A stretch of 64,000 bases of DNA from Ruminococcus sp. (GCA_051880855.1 JBJEOT010000058.1:1893-65892); one strand, 5' to 3'. Shown: positions 50,507-59,663, counted from the first letter of the stretch. Made by a program: numbers and translations. Notes: generated from the letters alone by a model not told the origin.

Positions 50507-51813
50507 ATTTAGTTACCAATATCAATATGCTCCTCGGATATCTTCTGGAGGGTTACATAGTTTACTATTACTTCAGCGTTATGTTTGAGCGTAAGAGAAG
50601 CGGTATTTTTACCACTGTTGCCTACGGCTTGAGTTTTTCTTTGCTTTTCGGCATTTACTTTTTGGATAACTCTGTTGTCAATATGGTGGCGCTGTTAATG
50701 ATAATGTCCGCTCTGGGAATTATAGTTTTCAAAGCTCCGATACTAAAAGCTTTGTTTCATTCCGCAATAATCTGTATTCTCATAGCCGCAAGCGAAATGA
50801 TGCTTATAGCTCTGCTCAACATTGTTTTCCGCAAAAATATAGTTGAGAATACTACAGATGTTCAGCTACTAATTGTATCAACCGCTTCAAAGCTTCTGGT
50901 TTTTGTTTTCTGCCGTTTTATTACTTTGTTTGCAGTTAAGGATGCGTTTCGCGGAAAAAGAAGTCTGTTCCTTTTCTTGGAGCCTCTTGCATCGCTCTTC
51001 GCAGTTTGTATTATTTACTATATGTGTGCTGACGGAGATAGGAGTGTGGCAGCGAATTCAGTTATCAGCTTGACCTGTCTATCGCTTTTGGTGGCAAATC
51101 TTGTTACCTTCTATATTTACGAATACTCTATCGAGAATGAACAGAAGCTCACTGAGCTAAAGCTTGCCGAACAGCGAAAAGAGCTGCATCTTGACCATTA
51201 CAGAATGCTTCAGGAGGCTCACGACGAATCCAGAATTGTTATTCATGATATAAAGCACCACTTATTATATCTCAGATCCCTTGCCGAGAAGGAACAGTCA
51301 GAAGAGGCGCTGCGATATCTTAACGAAATGCTTGAGCAGCCTTTCTTTCAGAAGTCTGCACTTAAAAGCGGAAACAAAATCGTTGACACAATAATCATGC
51401 AGAAGGATTCGGAGTGCAAGGCAAAGGGTATTGAGCTGACGCTTACCCACGATAATATAAACCTGAGCTTCGTAAGCGAGATGGACCTGTGCTGTATTAT
51501 GTCAAATTTGCTGGATAATGCACTGGCGGCAGCACAGGCGAGCGAGGGAAAGTACATTCACATTAAGCTTTACCGTTCAGAGAACAACAGCTTCTATTTT
51601 ATCGAGATAGTGAATAGCTGTGACACTGAGCCTAAACGCGACACGAAAGGCTATGTAAGTACAAAGAGCGGTAAGTACCACGGCATCGGTCTTCATAGTG
51701 TTGCCACAACAATCGAGAAGTACGGCGGCGAAATGTACTTCGATTATTCCAAGGAAAACCGCGAGTTCAAAACCTCAATTATGCTGCAAAAAGACATCGA
51801 AATTACAAACTAA
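50503..51813 (+). CDS. agrC: AgrC/VirS-type membrane histidine kinase (GHKL, HATPase_c_5)
   Basis: ~6 N-terminal TM helices, HDIKHHL H-box, SGNKIVD, SNLLDNA, STK..HGIGL. Confidence 0.85.
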   Translation: MNLVTNINMLLGYLLEGYIVYYYFSVMFERKRSGIFTTVAYGLSFSLLFGIYFLDNSVVNMVALLMIMSALGIIVFKAPILKALFHSAIICILIAASEMMLIALLNIVFRKNIVENTTDVQLLIVSTASKLLVFVFCRFITLFAVKDAFRGKRSLFLFLEPLASLFAVCIIYYMCADGDRSVAANSVISLTCLSLLVANLVTFYIYEYSIENEQKLTELKLAEQRKELHLDHYRMLQEAHDESRIVIHDIKHHLLYLRSLAEKEQSEEALRYLNEMLEQPFFQKSALKSGNKIVDTIIMQKDSECKAKGIELTLTHDNINLSFVSEMDLCCIMSNLLDNALAAAQASEGKYIHIKLYRSENNSFYFIEIVNSCDTEPKRDTKGYVSTKSGKYHGIGLHSVATTIEKYGGEMYFDYSKENREFKTSIMLQKDIEITN

Positions 51814-51864
51814 CAATCGATTTTACAAGAATTGTTGACTTAAAAGAACAGAATTTCATATAAT
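51796..51864 (+). promoter_or_regulatory. agrD promoter with upstream direct repeats
   Basis: ATCGAAATTACAA / ATCGATTTTACAA (20-bp period) just upstream of TTGACT-18-TATAAT. Confidence 0.65.
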
Positions 51865-51894
51865 GACCTCACCAAATCAAGGAGGTATATTATT

Positions 51895-52050
51895 ATGAAA
51901 ACAACAAAGAAAACTATCACAGGTAAGGTACTGAGCGCAGCTCAGAAGATGACCGAAAGAGAGCTTACAAAGAGTGCAAATACAGCTTCCTGCATCTTTA
52001 TGCATCAGCCCAAGGCTCCTCAGGCTCTCTCAAAGCTTCGCAAGTTCTAA
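51895..52050 (+). CDS. agrD: AgrD cyclic autoinducer peptide precursor (51 aa, not in ORF track)
   Basis: AAGGAGGT RBS; MKTTKKTITGKVLSAAQKMTERELTKSANTASCIFMHQPKAPQALSKLRKF*; clostridial SANxx-core-HQPKxP pattern; between agrC and agrB. Confidence 0.9.
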   Translation: MKTTKKTITGKVLSAAQKMTERELTKSANTASCIFMHQPKAPQALSKLRKF

Positions 52051-52053
52051 GCC

Positions 52054-52623
52054 ATGTTTTCTTCAAAGCTTGTGTCTCTGCTCTGCGAGAGAGGTATGAT
52101 AGAAGAAGAGGACAGGGAGCTTTACCTCTACGGAATAAATCTGCTCACAGAGCGGTTGTTGGGACTTTTCTCTGTTCTTGTTATTTCCGCAGTGTTTGGT
52201 GAGCTTCTGTGCGGAGTAGGTTTTTACATTTTTTACTCCTTGCTCCGCAAATTTGCAGGAGGTTACCACGCAGGCAAGTTCTCGCACTGCTACATAATGT
52301 CCTGCCTTGTGATGCTTTGCTGTGTAATTCTTGCAAAGCTCAGCTTTGCAGGTACACTCTCTGTTATAATGACAGCAGTAAGCGTGCCAATTGTCCTTAT
52401 TCTTGCTCCTCAGGAGTATGAGACGCGGCCTTTGGAGGAAAGAGAAGTACTGAGATACAGACGGCTTTCAAAGATTACTACGGTCTTTGAGGTATACGCC
52501 TTTATTCTTCTTTATTTCTTTTCTCTTTATAGCCTTTGTATTTGCATAGGCTGTTCACTTTCGCTTACAGCGGTACTGCTCCTTGTTCAAAAGGCGAGGG
52601 GTACTAAAAAATACGCTGAATAA
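52054..52623 (+). CDS. agrB: AgrB peptide-processing membrane protein
   Basis: IEEEDRELYLYG, LRKFAGGYHA...C catalytic motif, LAP. Confidence 0.92.
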   Translation: MFSSKLVSLLCERGMIEEEDRELYLYGINLLTERLLGLFSVLVISAVFGELLCGVGFYIFYSLLRKFAGGYHAGKFSHCYIMSCLVMLCCVILAKLSFAGTLSVIMTAVSVPIVLILAPQEYETRPLEEREVLRYRRLSKITTVFEVYAFILLYFFSLYSLCICIGCSLSLTAVLLLVQKARGTKKYAE

Positions 52624-52642
52624 GCTCAGAGCTTTTTCTGAG

Positions 52643-52680
52643 AAAATCCGCAGATTCCACCCTCTGCGGGTTTTATTTTT
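52643..52680 (+). terminator. agr terminator
   Basis: AAAATCCGCAGA / TCTGCGGGTTTT plus T run. Confidence 0.75.
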
Positions 52681-52764
52681 GCCTCGAAATGCGTCTTATA
52701 TTGACCGAAACAATCCCTTGTGTTATAATGTACATTCAGTGCAAAAGAAAAGAGGTGGAAAAGC

Positions 52765-53745
52765 GTGGCGAGGATTGGTATTGTACTTTCAGGCGGAATG
52801 GCTAAGGGTGCTTACGAAATCGGCGCACTAAAGTGCATACGCGAGTTCTTCTCCGATGACGAGATTGCAGTTGTCAGCGCCTCTTCTGTGGGCGTGCTCA
52901 ACGGCTACGCTTTTTCTGTCGGTAAGCTTCAGCGTGCTGAAGAGATTTGGAATAGTATTGATATCAAAGGCAAGGTGAAGTCTCTGAAGCGCATAGTTAC
53001 AACCTCTTTTACAAGCGATATCGTCGATTGTCTTGTAGACGAAGACGACGAGATTAATTGCAGTTGTATTTTCGATTGCTTCGATTTTACAAAGAGGAAG
53101 CTTGTCTACAAGGACCTTCAGAATATTCCTAAGGAAAAACGCATTGATTACATTAAAGCAAGCGTGAGTATGCCTGTGTTTTCTCAGGGCTACCGCATAG
53201 ATGAGGGCAGATACTTCGACGGCGCTTTGATTGACGATATTCCTGTTTTACCGCTGAAGAATATGGATTTGGACTACATAATTGTAGTTTATTTTGATAA
53301 GAAGTCCTACACCTTTGAGAACGAGAGCTTTGACAGCAAGGTTATCAAGATTAATTTCTACGACGATGCTCTGATTAAAAACTTCCTCAGCTTTGATAAA
53401 CCGACTGTTGAGAAGATGATAAATGAGGGATACATAAAGACCAAGTCTGTTCTGAAGCAGGTCCTTTTTGGCGGCAAGGACGATATCCCCGCTGTGCTCA
53501 GCGGTATTCGGGAATTCAATCTGAAGATAGAGAAAGCTGAGAAGCGTATCACCTGCGATGTGATGGTGAGAAATATAAATAAAGTTGTCCAGCGGCTTCT
53601 AAAAAACAACAATTTAGAAATGCAAAGCGAAGGAACGAATAAGACAAAAACCTTGAAAAGTGCAATAGAACATAAGGCCGAAAAGGTTAATACAAGCCCC
53701 AAGGCTCTCACCTGTGCAAAGTCAGGCAAAAACTATAAAGGCTAA
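52765..53745 (+). CDS. Patatin-like phospholipase
   Basis: LSGGMAKGAY oxyanion motif, ASSVG nucleophile elbow, ASVSMP, FDGA; TTGACC-17-TATAAT promoter 52701-52729. Confidence 0.88.
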   Translation: MARIGIVLSGGMAKGAYEIGALKCIREFFSDDEIAVVSASSVGVLNGYAFSVGKLQRAEEIWNSIDIKGKVKSLKRIVTTSFTSDIVDCLVDEDDEINCSCIFDCFDFTKRKLVYKDLQNIPKEKRIDYIKASVSMPVFSQGYRIDEGRYFDGALIDDIPVLPLKNMDLDYIIVVYFDKKSYTFENESFDSKVIKINFYDDALIKNFLSFDKPTVEKMINEGYIKTKSVLKQVLFGGKDDIPAVLSGIREFNLKIEKAEKRITCDVMVRNINKVVQRLLKNNNLEMQSEGTNKTKTLKSAIEHKAEKVNTSPKALTCAKSGKNYKG

Positions 53746-53764
53746 ACAGCATACTGAATAATTA

Positions 53765-53800
53765 AACCCCTGAATCTGTTTTTTACAGAGCCAGGGGTTA
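53765..53800. terminator. Probable bidirectional terminator
   Basis: AACCCCTG...CAGGGGTT with inner TCTGT/ACAGA stem between convergent genes. Confidence 0.65.
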
Positions 53801-53818
53801 TTTGTTGCTTATCTTTTC

Positions 53819-54742
53819 TTAAAGCATAACAGGGGAGTTCCTGAGATTAGAGTCCTTAATCCTGTTCTTAATGCAGTAAGCGTAGGGCTCTAAATAATCC
53901 TCTCTTCGGTCAGAGAGACCTTGATTTCTGATTTCATCGGCAATTTGCATTGCGGTTTCTTCAATTAAGGGTAGGTTTCTTTCGCTGTTATAAGGCTCAA
54001 AGAGAAGCGTCTCCAGAATTTCCGAAACCCCGCTTAACAGAGGAAGCTTCTCAATACCTCTGAAAGCCCATTTATAGTAAGGCATATAGGCACGGTTCAG
54101 CAAATAAACAGCGTGAGCGGTGCTCTCGGCGAATTTTGCAAGGGCAATGCCTGCCGCAGTTTTTTCGCCGTGGAGCAGACATCTTTTGTAATTATACTGT
54201 CCTGCCTGAGCCATATTAAAAACAGCAGAAGCCAGCTTTTGCAGGCGAACATCTTCAGGCATACCTGTAAGTATTTTTTTTCGAATTGCAGTGAATTCTC
54301 CCAGCGGGTCTGCAAAAACTTCGCCGTTGGTTGCTTCTGACAAGTAATAATCGGGAATAGAAAGCCATTCGCTGAGCGTTTTGGGTGCTTCGCCAGTTCC
54401 GGTGTAAAAGGAGTAGAATTCCTTTATTGTGTGAACACCCTTTGAAGCCGAACCAAAGAGACTTGTATCCTGAACTTTAACACCCATAAACTCCTTGGGA
54501 AGCTTTTGGTAGGCGCGAAAAAGCTTGAATCCAAATAGCCTATCGTCTTCTTCTGTAAGCCAAAGGCAGAAGCCGGGTTCAAAATCGTGGTCTTTAGAAA
54601 GCTCATCGTCAAAGCCGAAGCACTCTGAGCCGTGGCCTACAAGCCCGACGGCAATTCTGTCCTTATACTCCTTGAACTCTCCCTCTAAAAGTGGTTTGCC
54701 GTAGGCTTCGTAGTATTCTCTCGCAAGCTCTAAGCCTTTCAT
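53819..54742 (-). CDS. DUF4037-domain protein
   Basis: MKGLELAR.YY, AVGLVGHGSECFGFDDELSKDHDFEPGF, TNGEVFADPLG, AQAGQYNY.R, YMPYYKW. Confidence 0.85.
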   Translation of the reverse strand: MKGLELAREYYEAYGKPLLEGEFKEYKDRIAVGLVGHGSECFGFDDELSKDHDFEPGFCLWLTEEDDRLFGFKLFRAYQKLPKEFMGVKVQDTSLFGSASKGVHTIKEFYSFYTGTGEAPKTLSEWLSIPDYYLSEATNGEVFADPLGEFTAIRKKILTGMPEDVRLQKLASAVFNMAQAGQYNYKRCLLHGEKTAAGIALAKFAESTAHAVYLLNRAYMPYYKWAFRGIEKLPLLSGVSEILETLLFEPYNSERNLPLIEETAMQIADEIRNQGLSDRREDYLEPYAYCIKNRIKDSNLRNSPVML

Positions 54743-55542
54743 ACCTTGCCTCCGTAAATTTCCTCTGCAACCTCCTCAAGGGCGGCTGCCTCGATTTCAC
54801 GGCCAAAATACCTAAAGGAAGGAACGCATTTCGAGATGGCAAAGGCATAGTCCGAATCCCTTTTCTGTCGGCTGCTGTTTACATATTCCCACGCGGTATC
54901 CACAAAAGACTCAACCGCATCTATTGCGTTGTCGTCCCTGTCGAAATAAAGGTGGGCAAGACTTAAGTAGGAAAGAGCAATGTCGGCATCGTATCTGCCG
55001 TCGCTGCTCAGTATCTCGATGGCGCTTCTAAGGCAAGCCTCAGCTTCATCGAACCTTTTAAGTGTGCAAAGTGATGCTGACTTGTTGTTGAGCAGGGTAG
55101 CAAACTCATAGGTGCTTTCTTTTTGAAAATGCTTGTAAACGGACTCGGCTTTACCGTAGTAAGCAAGAGCCCTCTCGCAATCTCCGAAGGCGCTGAGGGT
55201 TGTTGCAAGATTAATGAGAACGGTTGCTCTTGAAAGACTCTCATCTATTTCTTCGCTGTCTAAAATTTCGCAGGTTAGCTCAATTGCTCTTGTTGCTTTC
55301 TCTCTGTTGTTTATACGGCGAAAAAGTCCCAACTCCTCGTTGAGGATTGTAAGCAGAGCGCTTTTGTCACCGAGGCTTGCTGCTTCCTTTTCCCAATACT
55401 CAACAGTTGCAACAGCACCCTCAAGGTCGTTCTTAGCAAAGCACAGGTCAAGCTTTGATATGAACCGACCTATATTAATATGGGTGTAGGGCTCCTTTGA
55501 GCAATTTTTACATTCAAAATTGAGGTTTTCTGAGTTTTGCAT
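54739..55542 (-). CDS. Tetratricopeptide-repeat protein
   Basis: TPR-like helices (ILNEELGL, TVLINLAT..ALAYYGKA, LLNNKS..AEACLRSAI); ATGA overlap with DUF4037 gene; TTGAAT-17-TATAAT promoter 55578-55606 (-). Confidence 0.82.
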   Translation of the reverse strand: MQNSENLNFECKNCSKEPYTHINIGRFISKLDLCFAKNDLEGAVATVEYWEKEAASLGDKSALLTILNEELGLFRRINNREKATRAIELTCEILDSEEIDESLSRATVLINLATTLSAFGDCERALAYYGKAESVYKHFQKESTYEFATLLNNKSASLCTLKRFDEAEACLRSAIEILSSDGRYDADIALSYLSLAHLYFDRDDNAIDAVESFVDTAWEYVNSSRQKRDSDYAFAISKCVPSFRYFGREIEAAALEEVAEEIYGGKV

Positions 55543-55616
55543 AATTTCACCGCTTTCAGTATGATTTGTCTGATTTGATTATATCAAAGCTTTGTATCAA
55601 ATTCAACATAGCCGAT

Positions 55617-55650
55617 AAAAAAGGCTGTGACATTTATTGTCACAGCCTTT
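55617..55650 (-). terminator. Terminator of sugar ABC operon
   Basis: AAAGGCTGTGACA / TGTCACAGCCTTT with A run on left. Confidence 0.8.
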
Positions 55651-55668
55651 GATGATTCATAAGAATAA

Positions 55669-56529
55669 TTATCCCTTAACAGCGCCTGCGGCAACACCCT
55701 TGATGATGTGCTTCTGGCAGATGAGGTAGAGAATGATAATGGGAATAATAGCCATCAGGATGATTGCCATTGTTGCGCCCAGGTCAACTGTACCGTAGCT
55801 GCCCTTGAGGTACTGAATGTGAATGGGAATGGTCATATACTTTGTTCTGTCGAGTACAAGGTAAGGCAGGAGATAGTCGTTCCATACCCACATAAGCTCC
55901 AGAATACCTACAGAAATCATTGTAGGCTTAAGCATGGGAAGTACAACCTTGAAGTATGTGCGAATAGGTCCGCATCCGTCGATTGCCGCCGCTTCTTCAA
56001 TTTCAAGCGGTATTGCCTTGACAAAGCCCGTGAACATAAACACCGCAAGTCCGGCGCCGAAGCCGAGATATATAATCGGTATAGTCCATGGAGTGTTGAG
56101 CTTGAGAACGTTAGCGGTTTTGGAAAGCGTAAACATAACCATCTGGAAAGGAACAACCATTGAGAATACGCAGGTGAAATAAACTACTTTACAGAACTTG
56201 GAGTTAACTCTGGCTATGTACCAAGCGGCCATTGATGTAAAGATAAGAATGAGCGCTGTGGAGAGCACAGTAATCAATACGCTGTAGCATACCGACTTCC
56301 AGAAGGGATAGCCTCCGAAGGTCATACCTTTAATGAAGTTGTCAAAGCCGGCGAAGCTTTCTCCGTTAGGCATTGCAAAGGTTTCGGTTTTAACAAAGGT
56401 GTTTTTCTTAAAGGAGTTTACAACTACCATAAATATAGGGAACACATAAACCAAGGAAAGAAGGGCAAAGCAAATTGTTGCTGTAAGCTTTCTGCCTCTT
56501 CCGGCGATTGATGTCTTGTGTTTTTTCAT
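55669..56529 (-). CDS. Carbohydrate ABC permease (MsmG-like)
   Basis: EIEEAAAIDG EAA loop, WNDYLLP, GAVKG end. Confidence 0.92.
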   Translation of the reverse strand: MKKHKTSIAGRGRKLTATICFALLSLVYVFPIFMVVVNSFKKNTFVKTETFAMPNGESFAGFDNFIKGMTFGGYPFWKSVCYSVLITVLSTALILIFTSMAAWYIARVNSKFCKVVYFTCVFSMVVPFQMVMFTLSKTANVLKLNTPWTIPIIYLGFGAGLAVFMFTGFVKAIPLEIEEAAAIDGCGPIRTYFKVVLPMLKPTMISVGILELMWVWNDYLLPYLVLDRTKYMTIPIHIQYLKGSYGTVDLGATMAIILMAIIPIIILYLICQKHIIKGVAAGAVKG

Positions 56530-57452
56530 TACTGCTGTACCTCCTTTTTGCGTGTAGCACGAAGCTGAATAAGACCGATGGCGGCAACCAGAATAAAGAA
56601 GAGAACTGCCTTAGCCTGTGCGGTACCTCTGGAGTTTGATGCCTGTCCGTAGAAGGTGTTGTAGATGTTAAGAGCAAGCATCTCGGTTGTATGCACGGAG
56701 GTGCCGTCGGGATTGATAATGTAGGGAAGACCGCCTGTAAGAGCTAAGTTCTGGTCGAAGAGCTTGAAGGCGTTTGTAAGGGAAAGGAAGAGACAAATGG
56801 TGACAGATGACATTACATTGGGAATAGTAATGCGTGTGAGAGTCTGCCAGCCTGTTGCACCGTCGATTCTTGCGGCTTCCATCATTGATTCGGGCACCGA
56901 CTGAAGACCGGCGATGTAAATAATCATCATATAGCCTATCTGCTGCCAGCACATAAGAATGATAAGTCCCCAGAAGCCCCAGGTTGTGTTAGTGAGGATA
57001 GATGTACCGAAGTAACCAAGCACACCGTCAAAAATCATACTCCATATGTAACCGAGAACAATACCGCCGATAAGGTTGGGCATAAAGAATACGGTTCTGA
57101 AGATGTTTGTACCCCTGAACTTGTGTGTGAGCGCAAATGCAATTGCAAAAGCAAGCACGTTGATAAGAACAAGTGACACTACTGCGTAGAGCGCTGTGTA
57201 GCCGAAGGAGTATCTGAAGCTCTCGTCGGTAAAGGCTTTAATGTAGTTGTCAAAGCCTGTCCAGGTCCAGTTACTTGTTGTTTTGAATTTTGTAAATGAA
57301 AGGAAAAGACCGTGAATAAAGGGCCATACAAAGCCGATTATAAAGGCGACTACCATGGGAAGCAAAAACAGAGGAAACCACCTTTGTATGGTGCGACGAA
57401 TGTTTTTACTGTTTACGGCAGCCGGATCATGTCTTTTGGTTTTTTTCTTCAT
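56529..57452 (-). CDS. Carbohydrate ABC permease (MsmF-like)
   Basis: RTVFFMPNLIGG, IYIAGLQSVP..MEAARIDGA, FKLFDQN. Confidence 0.92.
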   Translation of the reverse strand: MKKKTKRHDPAAVNSKNIRRTIQRWFPLFLLPMVVAFIIGFVWPFIHGLFLSFTKFKTTSNWTWTGFDNYIKAFTDESFRYSFGYTALYAVVSLVLINVLAFAIAFALTHKFRGTNIFRTVFFMPNLIGGIVLGYIWSMIFDGVLGYFGTSILTNTTWGFWGLIILMCWQQIGYMMIIYIAGLQSVPESMMEAARIDGATGWQTLTRITIPNVMSSVTICLFLSLTNAFKLFDQNLALTGGLPYIINPDGTSVHTTEMLALNIYNTFYGQASNSRGTAQAKAVLFFILVAAIGLIQLRATRKKEVQQ

Positions 57453-57548
57453 GATGCGTTCACTCCCGATAAAAAATAGATAAAGGTCACGCGCGAAGCT
57501 TCCTGCGGCTTTTTGCGTGATATGAAAGTTAAGCTTTTTGGATTTAAG

Positions 57549-57582
57549 AAAACCGGAGCGAGCGAAAGGGCTCGCTCCGGTT
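57549..57582 (-). terminator. Intra-operon hairpin after substrate-binding gene
   Basis: Perfect 13-bp AACCGGAGCGAGC / GCTCGCTCCGGTT; likely stabiliser or partial terminator giving excess binding protein. Confidence 0.7.
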
Positions 57583-57616
57583 ATTGAACTAAACTAAATC
57601 AGACAGCTTATAGATA

Positions 57617-58909
57617 TTAGCCCTGAGCAGCCTGATACTGAGTTGCCCAGCCTGCAACGAAAGCAGCCTCAACCTTTGCCCATGTGTCAGCAGAAGGAGC
57701 AGCGTTGTACTCGTTGATAGCGGAAACAGCAGCAGCGCGGTAAGCGTCAACGTTGGGCTGGAAGTTTGTTACCCAAGGCATTGTGTAGTTACCTGCAGCA
57801 GCGTACTCGTTAGCCTGTGCGAGGAAGGGGTTGGTGGAAGTGGCAGCATTCTTGTAAGGCATAACGCCGAATGTGCCGACAGCAATCTCAGAAGCCTCAG
57901 CATCAGTTACCATCCACTTCATGAAGTCGATAGAAGCCTTGATGTCAGCCTCAGAAGCATTTGCGTTTACAGCCCAGTAGTTCTCAGTACCGCAGTTGAG
58001 ACCAGCCTTCTCTTCGCCTTCTACACCGCAGTAGTAGGGAATCATAGTGAGGTCTTCAGCCTTCATACCTGCATCGGAAAGACCGGACCACTCCCAGTTA
58101 CCGTTTACATAGAAGAGAGCCTTGCCCTCTTTGAACTCTGCGCCGGCGTCAAAGCCGCCGTTTGCAAGCTCAGCACGGTCTGTGAGAGAGTTTGTTACCA
58201 TAAGGTCATAGAGAGCCTTGTAGTTGTCCATGTATGTACCCTTGATCTCAGCAGGGCAAGTTTTCCATGCGTCGGGATCGTCAACTGACTCGTAGTAGTA
58301 TTCGAGGTTGATCATATGACCTGTGAAACGCCAGGAGGAGCTGTCGTCCATACCTGCGGAAGAGAATGCATCGAAGCCGAGCTCAGCAGCGCGAGCGTGA
58401 ACATCCTTAGCAACTTCCTCAAGCTTTGCAAAGTTGTTGATATAATCGCGGGCATAGCCTGCCTCTTCGAGGAGAGCTGTGTTTACGATGATACCGTAGC
58501 ACTCATAGCAGTAGCCGATGGAGCAGAGCTTGCCGTCAGCGTCAAAGAGCTTGTAAGCGTCAGTGTTGAGCTCCTTAGCAATGTCTGTGTCTGTAAGGTC
58601 GTAGCAATACTCACCCCAAGTATCAACAGCAGCAGAGTTACCTACTACGAAGATTGTGGGAGCAGCGTCGCCCTTATCCATCTCAGCGGTAAGAGTTTCG
58701 TTGTATGTACCGGAAGCAGCAGTAACGATTTTAACCTCTACGCCTGTCTCTTCTTTGTACATTGCAGCGATTTCTTTAAGAGCCTCGTCTGACTCAGGCT
58801 TGAAGTTGAGCCAGTAAACGGAGCCGGTCTCTGTTGTGTCGCCACCGGTGCAAGCGGCAAAAGCAAAAGCCATTACCAGAACCAGTGCTAATGCGAGCAT
58901 TTTTTTCAT
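57617..58909 (-). CDS. Carbohydrate ABC substrate-binding lipoprotein
   Basis: FAAC lipobox, VYWLNFKPE, VTAASGTY, SSSWRF, NGNWEW. Confidence 0.9.
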   Translation of the reverse strand: MKKMLALALVLVMAFAFAACTGGDTTETGSVYWLNFKPESDEALKEIAAMYKEETGVEVKIVTAASGTYNETLTAEMDKGDAAPTIFVVGNSAAVDTWGEYCYDLTDTDIAKELNTDAYKLFDADGKLCSIGYCYECYGIIVNTALLEEAGYARDYINNFAKLEEVAKDVHARAAELGFDAFSSAGMDDSSSWRFTGHMINLEYYYESVDDPDAWKTCPAEIKGTYMDNYKALYDLMVTNSLTDRAELANGGFDAGAEFKEGKALFYVNGNWEWSGLSDAGMKAEDLTMIPYYCGVEGEEKAGLNCGTENYWAVNANASEADIKASIDFMKWMVTDAEASEIAVGTFGVMPYKNAATSTNPFLAQANEYAAAGNYTMPWVTNFQPNVDAYRAAAVSAINEYNAAPSADTWAKVEAAFVAGWATQYQAAQG

Positions 58910-58962
58910 GGAAAATTCCTCCTAAATAATAGTTTTCCGGTTAAACCGGATAAATTTTTTCT

Positions 58963-59019
58963 GGAAACGGTCACGCGTTTCCTTGTCATAATTATATTAC
59001 AATATGCACAAAAAATCAA
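58963..59019 (-). promoter_or_regulatory. Sugar ABC promoter and LacI-like operator
   Basis: TTGATT-17-TATAAT (58991-59019, minus strand); GGAAACG-gtcacg-CGTTTCC inverted repeat 58963-58982 just downstream of +1. Confidence 0.6.
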
Positions 59020-59142
59020 TTAAAAAATTGTAATTTTATAAAAAATATATGAAAGAGATAAAAAACGAACACCAATAGCGACTAAAATTCACTACTTATG
59101 CGCTTAACCATCCCAGGCGTTCAGAGCAAAGGCGAAAACCTG

Positions 59143-59498
59143 TTACAGCAATGGCGAAAAATTTATTTTTGCCGTACAAAGAAAGCCGGAAAGCTGACCA
59201 CCTGTAACTGTAATCAAAATACCGATAATAATTAAAACAAGTGAAGAAACCAAGGGTAATTGTTCATTTAGTCCTGCAATGCAGGTGAAATTTTCAATAG
59301 CAGAATTGATAGGTATGATAGCAAGTAAGGATACGCCTATACCAAGCAATTCTGCACAACAACCGATGATAAATGTTTCCGCGTTGAATGCCTGCAAAAT
59401 ATTGCACTTTAAAGGCCGGGAGCAAGGAGCATGCCGATTTTCTTGGTTCGTTCCATTACAGAAATGTGGGTAATAATGCCTATCATAATTCAGGAAAC
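59143..59498 (-). pseudogene. 3' remnant of an FtsX-type ABC permease
   Basis: VS*IMIGIITHISVMERTKKIGMLLA-(frameshift)-QAFNAETFIIG...; in-frame stop and frameshift, no 5' part. Confidence 0.75.
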
Positions 59499-59640
59499 AA
59501 TCAGGGAGACAGCTCCCGTAAAGCAGATGGCAACGGTCTGGGGTTGGCTATTGTAAAGCGGAACACAGAGCTGTGCAAAGGAAATACAGAGGCAGAAAGC
59601 TCACCCGGGAACAGTTCAGTTTTTTTACACTTCCGAAAAC
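59499..59640 (+). pseudogene. 3' remnant of a sensor histidine kinase (HATPase_c)
   Basis: QGDSSRKADGNGLGLAIVKR...GNTEAESSPGNSSVF: G2 box and C-terminal strands only. Confidence 0.7.
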
Positions 59641-59663
59641 AACATAATTTTCATATGCAGTAC

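Noticed and set aside
52765-55542. Patatin + nucleotidyltransferase as a CBASS system
   Set aside because: The genes are convergent with separate promoters and a terminator between them, and DUF4037 is not a recognised CD-NTase
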